Assembly: GCA_025594325.1 (NCBI GenBank)
Contig: JANHCV010000010.1
Location: 1,116,001-1,180,000 of the forward strand
Direction of reading: 5' to 3'
DNA length: 64,000 nucleotides
Origin: Blastocladiella emersonii ATCC 22665
Taxonomy: Eukaryota > Fungi > Blastocladiomycota
Position numbers and translations under genes: made by a program. Positions 20,142 through 31,865 of the stretch are shown here, one piece after another. Numbering within the stretch: position 1 is the first letter of the stretch; each line of letters begins with the position of its first letter. Under the pieces are notes generated by a model. It was not told the origin of the DNA, did no database searches, and saw only the letters and a program-made list of their open reading frames with translations.

Positions 20142-22429
20142 ATGTCAGGCCCCAAGTGGCCGCACTACGGCCCGCCGGTCCCGCGGGACCCCTCATCGGC
20201 ACCGCCACCGGGCCCTCATGCATCAACGACCTCGTCGACGGGCACCTTCCACCGCCGCGAGTCGCGCCTCGCCATGACGCTGCCGTACTCGCCCATCGAC
20301 CCCGACGAGAACTACGCCCGCCGGTCCGCCCGCAGCAGCGTGAGCGCCGGCGGCCGCGCCTACGACCACGTCGACATCACGGGGCTCGGCCTCGGCACGC
20401 TCGACTCGGGATCGTCGATGGCGTCGTCGACCAGCGGGTTCATGCGCTACGCTGACCTCGTCCCGCCACGCCGTGCCGCGAGCGACGGGCCGAGTGTGCA
20501 CAGCTTGCTCCCGCCCGTCACCGACGCGGATGTAAGCGTAGCGGACCTGCCGGCGCAGGAACCCGCTGCTTCCTCGCCACGGGATGAAGCGCCGCCCGCG
20601 CGCCGTGTCTCGGCGAGCACGCCCGACTACATTGCCCTTGACAGCGACGACGAGGGCGGCGGTCCGGCAAATGCTTCGGCCGCCACCACGGCCGACAGTC
20701 TCGCCGCGCTCCTCGCGCCGTCCGCCGAGCCAGAACCTTCGCCGCAGCGCCCACGCCTCGCCGACGCGCACATGAGCCCGCCGCCGACGTCCGGCACCCG
20801 CTCCGTGCACGAACCGGTGCCGCTTACTTCCCCCGCCCCTGCGCCTGCAGCCGTGGCGGAACCGACGCCCGAAGAGGACACGTCGGCGCGCATCCTCGAG
20901 GAACTCCTGCGGATCCGGCAGACCATCGGCCAATCGCTCGGCTCGCGGTCCTCTTCGGGAACCGCTGCTGCCGGCGCCGCCGCTGATCCGCCGTCGTCGC
21001 CCGACCCGCTGCCGCGGTCGCCGTGGCACAGTCTGCGCGAGTTGCGACGGTCAAACGACTCGACCGTCACAGCGGCGGCGGCGGGTGCGCCGGCTGTGGA
21101 GTCGCCCGAGGTCGAGGTCGCGCGCCGCGAGGCGTCTCCGATATCGCGCATGTTCGACGACGACGACGACGAGGATGATGAAGATGATGGCGGGCCGCCT
21201 GTCGACCCGAACTTTTCGTTCCACATTGACGACAGTCTCGAGACCATTCACGGTACGCTCTTCTGCTGCACCCCTGAGGCCACTCGCTGATTTTGGACCT
21301 GTTCAGAACTCGCGTCGGCCAGCCCGATGAACCACCACCCGGACCCGGCCAACCTGCCATTCAAGAGCCCCGGCGCCTACTTTGGCAGCAAGTCCAAGGC
21401 CCTTGGCGCCCTGCACGGTCACCACCTCCCGCCCTCGCAACGGGTACGTCGCCCTCTCTCACACGTTCCCGCGACACCCGCTCCATCTGACCGCCATCGT
21501 AGCCCCACTTCTACACCCCCGGCCACCGCGAGATCCCGCCGACGCCCATGGACCGCGGCGGTAACGGGACGCACCGGTCGACGGTGCGTGTCCCGAAACC
21601 CGTGTTCGAGCTTGACGAGCCCGAGCCCGAGGCTGCCGCGACCGACGAGGACGACGCGGACGCGCTCGAGACCCCGAGCCGCGCCCCGACCGCCCCCGTC
21701 GCCGCCGCCGCCGCCGCAAAGCGCGCCAAGCGGTCGCGCCCGCGCGGCTCGTTGTCGTCGCACTCGTCGGGCTCCGCGTCCGCGGGGTCCGTGACGATGC
21801 ACGCCCCCGCCACCCACAACAGCAGCTCGCCCGCGACGACGCGCGCCGCGACACCTTCCTCCACCACCGCCATCGCGCGCACCGCCACGCGCGCGCCGCT
21901 ACGCCGGCCGCCACGCCTCGCGGTCTCGTCGTCGCACCTGATCCTGGTGCTGTCCGAGGAGTACGTGACGTCGCTGACGGTCACCAACCTCGACGTCTCC
22001 GGCGCCAGCGCCGGCGGTCCGCCGCGCGACGTGGCGTTCGAGGTGATCTGGCCGCCCGGCCGGTTCACCGTGTTCCCCGCGGCGAGCGTGCTGCCGCCCG
22101 GGTACTCGGTCGACCTCAATATCTCGTCGCCGCGGTTCCCCGCGTACTCGCGGCGACAGGTGCCAAGGGAGCAGCAGGTGGCGGGCGTGTTTGACGTGGT
22201 GCCCGGCGAGGAAGAGGAGGAGGACGAGGAGGAGGTGGATGTCGACCTGTGGGCCGAGGAGACGCAGCTCGGGATCGTGGTCGCGGGGCAGCTCGTGCAC
22301 TCGGTGCGTGTCACGTTTGTCCCGCTGTACGTTGGCGGGGAGGAAGGGGTGATGGAGGAGGAGGAGTGGAGCGATGAGGGGGATAGCGAGACGACGGTGC
22401 GCGGCACGAGGCCGCAGGGAGCAGTGTAA
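20142..22429 (+). CDS. Hypothetical low-complexity protein (~724 aa) with a C-terminal MSP/ASH-like Ig-fold; exons 20142-21252, 21307-21443, 21503-22429
   Basis: Three ORFs joined in frame by GTACG..AG introns. The C-terminus SLTVTN..VAFEV..PPGRFTVFPAASVLPPGYSVDLNI fits the MSP/ASH pattern. Confidence 0.6.
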
Positions 22430-22591
22430 CGGAAGTACGAGTATTTATGCACAGTTGCTTAGCCATAGGGAGCGAGTCAGGGTCGGGAGTTGAGGTCGGT
22501 GGCCATGGTCGGCGGTCGCAGCGGAGGTCAGGTCGCTGAGCCGCCGAGCTGCTCTCCCTCTCCCCTCAGAACCCATCATACGCCGCCAACC

Positions 22592-23622
22592 ATGAAGTCT
22601 TCACCAATGAAACCCGATGCAACAACATCCCCAGCGGCAGCTGAGCCTATCGCGCTCGCTTCCCCCTCCAAGCGGTCTGCACCAGCGGACGACGCCGCCG
22701 CTGCGGAGCCGGCCAAGAAGCGCACGAAGCGCAACAAGTCGGTCGCCACGAAGACCGACACCAACACGATCCCGATCCACCGCGGCAAGTTCAAGCTGCG
22801 GTACATGCAGAAGCACGCGTTCCTGACGCGGCGCGCGGACCCGGCCGTCGGCGTGCTCGTGAGCTGCTCGCCGGCGACTGAGACCCGCGCGCTCGGCCAG
22901 GTCCGTAAGTACATGGACGAGTTCATTGTCCAGGCGTTCCCCGACGTGAAGCCGGTGTATTCGGACCTGCGCAAGGAAGAGGACGAGGTGGAGGTACTGG
23001 GCGAGGAGCCGAAGGCGGAGGAGGGGGAGGCGGGTGAGAAGGCGAAGGGTAAGGCCAAGGACGAGAAGGAGCCGCCGACGTCCCTGTTCCAGTTCTACGA
23101 CTCGGGGTGCGCCGGGCTCCTGTTCCTGCGGTTCCGCAACTCGGTCGACCCGCACGAGTGCGTCGGCAAGCTGTTCGGTACGCTCCCCGGCTCCGTCTCC
23201 GCTCTTGGCCAACCCACACAAACTGACCACTCACCCCACTGGTAGACCATGTCCGCACATCCGAACGCAAGTCCGAGATCCAGTCGACGGACCTGTCGCA
23301 CTGCCACCGTTTCCTCCCGATCCAGCACGTGTGCAGCGCGGCGACCGAGCACGACATCGAGACGTCGTTCGGCCCGCTCCTCGCAGCCCTGCCGGGGGAC
23401 CGGTCCGTCGCCATCGTCTTCGAGTCGCGCAACTGCCCCGCCATCAAGCGCGCCTCGGTCGTCCCGAAGCTCGCCGCGCACCTGCCGCGCAGCATGAAGG
23501 TTGACCTGGCCAACCCGGACGTCGTCGTCCTCGTGTCCGTGTTCAAGTCGGTCGCCGGGCTCGCGGTCGTCGAGGGCGACGAGTTTCGCGCGACGCACCG
23601 GTTCAACCTGCAGCAGCTGTGA
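22592..23622 (+). CDS. THUMP-domain protein (Tan1/THUMPD1-like); exons 22592-23177 and 23246-23622
   Basis: GVLVSC, FQFYDSGCAGLLFLRF, CHRFLPIQHVC, AIVFESRN and KVDLANPDVVVLVSVFKSVAGLAVV match the Tan1-type THUMP domain. Confidence 0.82.
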
Positions 23623-23813
23623 GACGATAAATTTTGGAGCTAAGGAAGCGGGCAACGGGTCACTTGAGATCAGGTTGGTGGCGTAAACCGAGGCAAGTTC
23701 GTGGTTGAGCGAGAGAGGCGCGGCGCGTCGATCTCGCCCGAAAACGCGAAATCCCCGCGCGGGTCATGGAACTCTGAGTGAAAGACTACTTGCAACGCAT
23801 CATCATCATCATC

Positions 23814-26789
23814 ATGGCCAAGGATAAGAAGAAGAAGAAGGGGTCCAAGGAGGAGAAGAAGCAGCGCGTCGCCGAGAAGGTAGACCTCGCTGCTCGATCC
23901 AGCCCGCTCGCTCGCGTCTCTGGCTGACCGTCCCGAGCGACCGTAGAACGAGCGCAAGACGCAGAAAAAGGAGAAGAAGAACAAGAAGAAGGCGGCGGCG
24001 GCGGGCTCCGACTCGGACGAGGAGGACATTGAGGCGATCATCGAGGCGTTCAAGAAGCGCCAGGAGGAGGAGGTGCGCATCACCGACGAGGTGGTCGCCG
24101 ACCCTCCCTCGCGCCGGTCCAACGCCTCCATCACCGTCAACCCGCTCAACCCGGACGAGCTCATCCTGTTCGGCGGCGAGTGGTACGACGGCCGACACAC
24201 CATCTTCAACAACAACCTCTACTTCTACAACGTCGAGAAGAACGAGTGGCGCAAGATCTCGTCGCCCAACTCGCCCGGCCCGCGGTCGTCCCACCAGATG
24301 GTCGCGACGCCCAACGGGCTCCTGTTCTGCTTCTCGGGCGAGTTTGCGAGCAAGAACGAGTCGCAGTTTCTCCACTACAAGGACTTTTGGAAGTTTGGTG
24401 CGTTTCTCGACCCTCGATTTCGGAATGCGGCGCTACTTGACTGACGCACGCGCAACGCCAGACGTCCGCACCAAGGCGTGGGAGAAGCTCGACCCCAAGA
24501 TCAAGCCGTCGCCGCGCTCGGGCCACCGCATGACGCTGTGGAAGAACTACATCGTCTTGTACGACTCGCTCCGCGCCCTCGCCCCCTCCCATGCGCTCAC
24601 CTCGCATCCCGTCGCGCGCGTAGGTTCGGCGGCTTCTACGAGACGTACGCGCAGACCAAGTACTACGACGACCTGTGGGTTTTCAACCTGCAGGACTACA
24701 AGGTACGTCGTCCCCTTCCCCTGCTCGCCGCCCATCCCCGTCTCGCTGACCGCCGATCTCGCACTCACAGTGGACCAAGATCGAGATCCCCGACCACCTC
24801 GGGTCGCGGCCGACGGCGCGGTCCGGGTTCCAGATGTTCGCGCACAAGGACCACGTGTTCGTGTACGGCGGGTACTGCAAGCAGTTTGTCAAGGGCCAGA
24901 AGGTCAAGGGCGTCACGCACACGGACCTGTGGGCGCTCAAGATGACGCCCGACCTCAAGCACATGCGCTGGGAGCGCCGCAAGAAGATGGGCTACTACCC
25001 CGGGTACGTGTTGCGCGTGTGCGGGAGTGGTGGAGGTGGAAACTGACGCCTCGTGTGTTTAGTCCGCGCGCCGGCGCCACCATGACCGTGTGGAAGGACC
25101 GCGCCATCCTGTTCGGCGGCGTGCAGGACGTCGAGATCTCGGACGAGCTCATGGAGTCGACGTGTTTCAACGACATGTACGCTCTCTCTTTCGTTCGCGC
25201 ACCTTGCTCACCCGTTGGTCGCACTGACCCGACTTCTGCGCCAGGTACGCGTACCAGATGGAGTCGAACAAGTGGTACTCGATGACGCTGCGGTCCAAGA
25301 AGCAGCCCAAGCAGAAGAAAAAGGACCGCAGCGCCAAGCCCGCGCACCTCGGCGCCGCCGGCGGAGCCGACAGCGACCGCGAGGACGAGCCCAGCAACAA
25401 CGGCGGGAGCGACGACGACGAGAGCGGCGACGAGGGTCGCTCGCGCCGTCGCCGCCGTCGTAACCGCAACAAGGAGCAGCAGGAGCAGGTGCAGGGGGAG
25501 AACGCGGTTGGGTTCGGCGAGATGGAGGACTTTGACAACTACGACTGGTCCGGCTGGGGCTCCGAGTTCGAGGACGACGACAAAGACGCGCCCAAGAAGT
25601 CGTCGATCAAGGGCGAGAAGGCCAAAAAGGCCAAGGCCGAGGCCGAGGCGGCGGCTGCCGCTGCTGCCGCGGCCGCGACGGCCCAAGCCGAGGGCGACGA
25701 CGCGTCGAGCCGACCCGAAACCCCCGCCTCGGACTCGCCCGCCGCCGACGCGTCCGAGTCGGCCGCCGCGACGCCCGAGAAGAAGGCCAAGGGCGGCAAG
25801 TCGTCCAAGAAGAAGAAGAAGGTGCCGTCGTTCGGCGACGACGACGAGGACGACGCCGCGCCCGCCACCGCGACCGCCGAGCCGTCGCCCGCCGCCAAAC
25901 CCGCCGAGGACGACGCAGCACTCAACATCCCGCGCCCGCGGTTCAACACGATGCTGGGCGTCGCGCGCAACGCGCTGTACCTGTACGGCGGGATCATTGA
26001 CGTCAAGGGCAACGAGCACACGCTCGAGGACCTGTGGACGCTCAACCTCGACAAGCTCGACGAGTGGCGGTGCCTTGTGCAGTCGGATCTCGGGCAGTGG
26101 GCCGGGTCCGATGACGAGGACGACGACGACGATAGCGACGATGACGACGAGGAGGTGGATACCGACGACGAGGGCGACTTCGGGCTCCTTGGCGTGCCCA
26201 TGCAGGAGGACGAGGACGACGAGGGCGGCAGCAACGCGGCGGAAGCCGCCGAGGCGCGCGCGGCCGCGGTCAAGGCGGCAGCGGACGCCAAGGCCGAGGC
26301 GGAGGCGGCGGCCGAGGCCGAGAAGAAGTCGCGCGAGGAGGAGCTGCGCAAGGTACGTTTGCATTCGCGCGGGCGAGCGAGCTGTGACTGACTCGTCCCG
26401 CGCCGCACGTGTAGACACTCGAGATGCAGGCGAACCTGCCCAAGGTCAAGGAGACGCTGCGCGACTACTACGCGCGCACCACCAACTACTGGGTCAACCT
26501 CGCCATGGAGAACGCGGGCGAGGCCGCCAACGTCAAGTCGATCAAGCGCGACGGTACGATTCCCAGGCACTCTGCTCCGCTCACGCGCGCGACTGACACG
26601 CACGACGTGACCCGTGTAGCCTTCGCCCTCGCCCAGGTCAAGTACGAAGAATACCTGCCGATCCTCGAGGAGCTGCGCAAGCTCGACGTCGACATGTCCG
26701 ACAACTCGGCCGCGGGCCCGCGCGACGCGTCGCAGGGCGGGTTGGGCGCGGGCGCCGGCGGTGTCCTTGCGAGTCGCAACCGCCGCTGA
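23814..26789 (+). CDS. KEL3: Kelch-repeat protein Kel3/KLHDC4 with C-terminal DUF4110-like region, multi-exon
   Basis: PSRRSNAS, ELILFGGEWYDG, SPGPRSSHQ, LFCFSGEF..QFLHYKDFW, PSPRSGHRM, PRPRFNTMLGV and PKVKETLRDYYART. Confidence 0.9.
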
Positions 26790-26856
26790 TCTCTACCCCC
26801 ACTACCGTTCTTAGCTGCTAGTAGTTCTCAATCATCAAAACTTTTGTCTATAGTGC

Positions 26857-29353
26857 TCACTCTCGCTCGCCAACGGCTCGGTCCCACTTGACAATCCCAT
26901 CAAAGTTACGGAACCCGAGCACCTGCGCGGTCGCCTCGTTCTTGAACACGGCGACCTTGAGCACGTCGCACGCCATGCGCGCGTGGAAGTTGGTATGGAT
27001 CGCGCGGCCCATGCCGACGAGCACCACGAGATCCGCGTCGCTCGCCGCCTGCGCCGCCTCCTCGTCCACCCGCGTCAGGTCGATACACGGGCTCGCGCTC
27101 CCCGACGGAACGACGCGGAGCCGGCCGTCCTCGACTGCGCGCGCGAGCTCGGCGTCCGCGTCCGCGGCCTGCGCGAGGACCCGCACGAGCTCGACGTGCG
27201 TCACGTCGTTGATCGCGGGCACCGAGTTCGCGGCAACCACGACGTGCGCGCCGCGCGCCGCGAACCACCGCGCCAGCGGGAGCACGCCCAGGACCACGTC
27301 CGCGCCCGAGTTGTCCGGGAACAGGACCACGTGCCGGTACGCGCCCGAGGCCGCGTGCGCGGCGAACTCGGCGCGCGCGTTGGCGTTGAGGGCTGGGTCC
27401 GGGATCCGCACGCGCGAGCGGGCCGAGGTAAAGTCGATGGAGCCCTCGGCAAGCGCGCCGACAAGCTCGTTGCACCCCCAGTCGTACACGTTGCCCGCGA
27501 GAGCGTTGCCGAGCAGGTGTACGAGCTGCGCAGCGGGGTCCGCGGAGAGCTTGTCGGCCTCGTGCAGCAGCTGCGGCAGGTGCAGCAGCGCGAGCTCGTT
27601 CTCGGCCTGCTTCACGTTGTAGAACAGGTCCTCGAACCCGGCCTCGCGCAGGCACTGCTCCCGCAGGTCCAGCAGGCCGCGCACCGTCAGCTCGCCGTAC
27701 GCCGACGGCTGGATCCTACACCACCGCGATGAGAGGGTTAGTGCACGTCTTGGTGCCGGCGGTTGCTCAGAACGCGTACCGCAGGGCGTCGAGGTGCGAC
27801 CGGAACAGCCGCGCAAACTCGGCAGCGCGCTCCTCGATGAGCGGGTCGGCGCGGTTCCACCGGACCGCGAGGTTGACGAGGGCGGGCAGTTTCTGGTCGA
27901 GCAGGTCGATCCAGTACCGCTGGTCGCTCGGGCGCGCGAGGGCGAACGTGTCGGGCGTGTACCCAGGCAGCAGCTTCGGGAACGGCACGAGCTCGGCGTC
28001 GGCGGCGTCGAGCACGCCCATGGCGTGCCACTTGGCGTCGGCGCCGATGCGCGAGTTCACCGTGAAGTTCTCATAGAAACTGCGCCGCTTGCTGGTCGCG
28101 GGGCGGTGGCGGAGGAACGCGCCGAACGCGCCCAGGAACCCCTCGTGGCGCAGAAAGTAGGCGTGCGAGGTGCCCGCGGACCAGAACTCGACGGCGCGCG
28201 ACAGGGCCGCCATGGTGATCGGGTGCCCGCGGATAAAGCACCCGCCGAAGTAGATGCGCGAGATGCCGTGCGCCTGCGCGCACATGTGCGCGATCTGGCC
28301 GACGTTGTTGGCGAGCATGATGAGCAGCGACCGCGCGAGGTCCGCCGGGTCGATGGCCTTGCGCTGGTCTTTCGGCAAGCGGAAGACTTTCCCGAAACTC
28401 GACGCAATGATGTTGGCGTCGAGCCCGAGCTTGGTGTAGTGGGTGCCATAAATGTCGCCGACCAGCATGTCCGCGTTGGCGTTGTTCCCGCGCAGCGCCA
28501 GCTCCAGCATCTCGTCGAACGAGTCGGCGTCCGTCAGCAGCGACAGCAGGCCCCAGAAGGTGCCGCCGCCGAGCGACGTCCCGCTCACGCGCTCGTACGC
28601 GCCCTCGCCCGTCACCTTGAGGATCGACACGCCCGACCCGATGTTGACCAGCATGTACGGGAACGGCGCCGACTGGACGGGCTCAAAGTGCATGGACGGC
28701 AGCGCCGCGGGCGTCGGCTCGGGCCGGTCCCGGTCGGACGGAGGCGGGCGGCGCGGCTCCGAGTACGTGAACACCTCGTACGGCACGTCGCGCAGGAGAA
28801 AGTTGACGCCGTCGACCAGACACTCCATCTCGTCCTGCTTGACGATCTGGACCCCCGGCCCGAGCCGACTGACAAACAGGTCGTAGAACTTGAACGCGCC
28901 GCCACCCGTCACCTGCACGACGCGCGGGCCCAGCACCGCGCCCGCGCCGCACCGCCGCGCGCCGTCCTCGAGCAGCTGCTGCACGAACGCCACGCACGAC
29001 TCGATCTGCTCCGTCTCAAACTTGGCAAAGTGGATCCGACCGCCGCCGCCGGCCCGCGCGCCCGAGGGGACGAAGTAGACGACTTTGGCGAGCGAGCCGC
29101 CCACGTCCACGGCGATCTGCGGCAGCTCGTCGTGCTGGTGCGGCAGGACCAGGTCGTGCGTCTCGCCGCTGGTGCCGCCGGCGGTCGAGCCGTCGGCGGA
29201 GGGTGTCGGGGACGGGGCGGCCGAGTGCCGGGCGTCTGCGGGGCTAAGAGCGGCAGCCGCCTTGGTCGCCGCGGTGGTCGGCGGGGCGAGGAGCGGCGAG
29301 ATGGGCCGCTGCTCGTCGACGTGGACTCCATGCAGATTCATGGCTGCTAGCAT
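26857..29353 (-). CDS. Pantothenate kinase fused to a DUF89/ARMT1-like phosphatase (PANK4-type architecture); exons 29353-27780 and 27715-26857
   Basis: PanK motifs DVGGSLAKVVY, TGGGAFK, DEMECLV, VNIGSGVSIL, RVSGTSLGGGTF and FLRHEGFLGA are followed by DUF89 motifs LAGNVYDWG, FPDNSGADVVLG and LVGMGRAIHTN. Confidence 0.93.
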
Positions 29354-29525
29354 AGTTTCATAGGCGTGTGCAAGCGGGGAGAGAGAGAGTTGGCGAGAAC
29401 AAGTGCGCGCTGAAGTGCGCGAAGCACGCCAGCTCGCGCGCCACGTTCCCCGCGTTCGCTCGGTCGCGCCAGCTTCCGCTCCCATGATGCCATCCGGCCC
29501 TCGTCTCTGATGCAGCGAATGAACC

Positions 29526-31343
29526 ATGGACTCGGTGCAACGAAAGCTTGACGTTGACACCATCATCGAGGCGATCCTCGTCCGCGCCGTGCTGCTGCAC
29601 TCCGGCAACGACGCCGAGGCCGTGCTGCACTACTTGCGCGTCCTTCCGCGGGCCCGTGCTCCCAAGGTTACGCGCGCAGTCCTGCCACGCTTCCGCCGTT
29701 TCTCGGTCGAAGCTGCCACACGTCGAGGAAACGCCGAACTTCTCCAGCTCTGGCGCAACGTCAACGGGCCCGGCCTCTCCATTGCCTCCTTCCACGTCGA
29801 GGACGCCGTCTTGAGCCACTTTGAAGACGTGGTTGGCTTCTGGCGCGACAACATGTCCGCCGCATCGCTCGACTTGTTCGCGTCCTTCAAGGTCCGCGTC
29901 GCGCTTGACCGCTGTGGTATGGCAGCGGAGCAAGGAGTCGCGCCGGGCGATGCGGCTCTCGCGCGAATGGTCAACGACGTTGCCGCAGGTCGGTGCACCG
30001 CAGTCAAGCTCGAAGACCGTCGCGTCACCGATATTGGACTAATGATGCTCTCGCGCGCGCTCCAGTCACCATCGCAGCGCGTCGAGTCAATCTCGCTCAT
30101 TTGTTGCGACCTCACTCCATCCAAGTTGACACACTTGCGCCTTCCGGCTTCCGTGACGCGACTTTGTCTAGACGACAATCGTATTAACGAATTTGTCACG
30201 CCCCTGCCCTTCCTGCACGACTCCCTGACCACGTTGTCGCTGGCTCGTTGTGACCCAAGCCCCTCACTTTTCGCCAGTTTGGCCCCGATGCTTCCCCGCT
30301 CGCTCGTTAGCCTTGACTTCACCGGTAACAAGATAAGTCCCGTGTCCCTGGTCGCGCTGAGTCTTCATCTCCCGCCTGCACTCCAGCGCCTTTCGCTAGC
30401 GGCGTGTGTTAGCAACGACGCCGGTGCTTCGTTGCAGCACGTCATTCGGCAACTCCCCTCCACCATGACGGACCTCGATCTCTCAGTCAACAACTTCCAC
30501 CATCGCGATGTACTAGCGCTTGTGGATCGCCTACCCTCGCTCACCAACCTGACGGGACTTTTCATCCAAAACTGTATGATACCTTCAGGCGGGGTGACTG
30601 CCGCAATCAAAGCGCTTCCAAGGTCGATCGAGGAGCTTGATGTGAGCGGCGGCGGGTTGGGGCGTGCTGCCGTCGAGGCGCTTGCAGAGCGCGGACTCAC
30701 GCGTCTCCAGTCTTTGAACTGCTCCAATGTGCACGAGGACATGACAACCACCTTACTCGCGGCTCTTCCTGCCACCCTCAAATCTCTCACGCTGGATGAT
30801 TTGCAGGGAGACATCCATCAACTTCCAACTGCGCTTAACGAGTTGTTTGCAAGAACAAGAGAGCTTTCCTCGCTGCGACTCTCTGGAAGCAGCACAAGGA
30901 CGCTCAGCTTGCTCTCGTTCGTCGACTCTCTCCCGCCCACGCTCACCTGCTTCTCGCTTGAGCACTGCGAGTCCGGTCCTGACGTAATCCCGCGGCTCCT
31001 CTCGCGTCTTCCCGCGCCGACCATGACACACGTCAAGATTCCGGACCTGCCGCTCTCAGAGCCCGTTCTTGGTGTGTTCCTTGCATGGCTGCGCGACGCG
31101 TCGTCATTGATAGAACTTAACGTCGAAGGGACTGGCCTGGTCAACGAATCGTTCGTCCAAATCGTTGACGCCCTGCCCGAGTCGCTCCGAGCATTCCATT
31201 TCGCGAACAATGGCATTGGCGACGACATCATCGACGTGCTTCAGACCCGCGCACCGCCTAAGCTATCTTCCATGACGTACTTTGACACGGATCTCTCGTG
31301 CGAAGGCAAGCTGCAGATTATGATCATGGAGCGCGGTTTTTGA
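29526..31343 (+). CDS. Intact F-box-like/ankyrin-like/LRR family protein, intronless, 605 aa
   Basis: N-terminal LDVDTIIEAILVRAV..LRVLP, ATRRGNAELLQLW and VVGFWRD are followed by repeated LPxSLxxLDLSxN units. Confidence 0.88.
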   Translation: MDSVQRKLDVDTIIEAILVRAVLLHSGNDAEAVLHYLRVLPRARAPKVTRAVLPRFRRFSVEAATRRGNAELLQLWRNVNGPGLSIASFHVEDAVLSHFEDVVGFWRDNMSAASLDLFASFKVRVALDRCGMAAEQGVAPGDAALARMVNDVAAGRCTAVKLEDRRVTDIGLMMLSRALQSPSQRVESISLICCDLTPSKLTHLRLPASVTRLCLDDNRINEFVTPLPFLHDSLTTLSLARCDPSPSLFASLAPMLPRSLVSLDFTGNKISPVSLVALSLHLPPALQRLSLAACVSNDAGASLQHVIRQLPSTMTDLDLSVNNFHHRDVLALVDRLPSLTNLTGLFIQNCMIPSGGVTAAIKALPRSIEELDVSGGGLGRAAVEALAERGLTRLQSLNCSNVHEDMTTTLLAALPATLKSLTLDDLQGDIHQLPTALNELFARTRELSSLRLSGSSTRTLSLLSFVDSLPPTLTCFSLEHCESGPDVIPRLLSRLPAPTMTHVKIPDLPLSEPVLGVFLAWLRDASSLIELNVEGTGLVNESFVQIVDALPESLRAFHFANNGIGDDIIDVLQTRAPPKLSSMTYFDTDLSCEGKLQIMIMERGF

Positions 31344-31413
31344 TGTTCACTTAAGAGAGATCGGTTGCGGAATATACACCTCGTTGTCTGACATCCGCCG
31401 CCGTCCGTGTGGC

Positions 31414-31670
31414 GCGCAAGCTTGAGGTAGATGCCCTCATCAAACCAGCACTCTTCCCTCAGTTCTGCTGCACGTCAATCGTGACGTCGTCAACTTTGCC
31501 TTCGCTGTCGCCGTGCTGCAGTGCCTCCGCGTCTTGCCGCGGGCGCGTACTCCAAAGCCCGCTCGTATCAGTAGTACACTTTCGCGCTTTAGGTGCTTTT
31601 CAGTCAGGGAAGCTACGCGTCCAGACACTCATCGTGGGAGTTAAGCTGCATTAATTCTGGCGCAAGTCCG
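31414..31670 (+). pseudogene. Frameshifted 5' fragment duplicating the N-terminus of the 29526 gene
   Basis: RKLEVDALI, then a shift to VLLH..AVLQCLRVLPRARTPK..LSRFRCFSVREATR, aligns with RKLDVDTII..VLLH..AVLHYLRVLPRARAPK..LPRFRRFSVEAATR. Confidence 0.72.
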
Positions 31671-31865
31671 AAGATCCGCGCGTGTCCGTTCACGGGCGCA
31701 GGATCGCGTTGCGCCACTCACCTGATCGTCGGTCCTTGGATGGGCGTGGCAGGTCTGGCAGGAGAAGTGGCGTTGCGGCCCCTGTGACTCCTCCGCGGTG
31801 TCGCCACTCGCTCTCCCGCTCTTCCCGTAACCCTTCCTCTGATGACCTGATCACTGCTTGACTAC

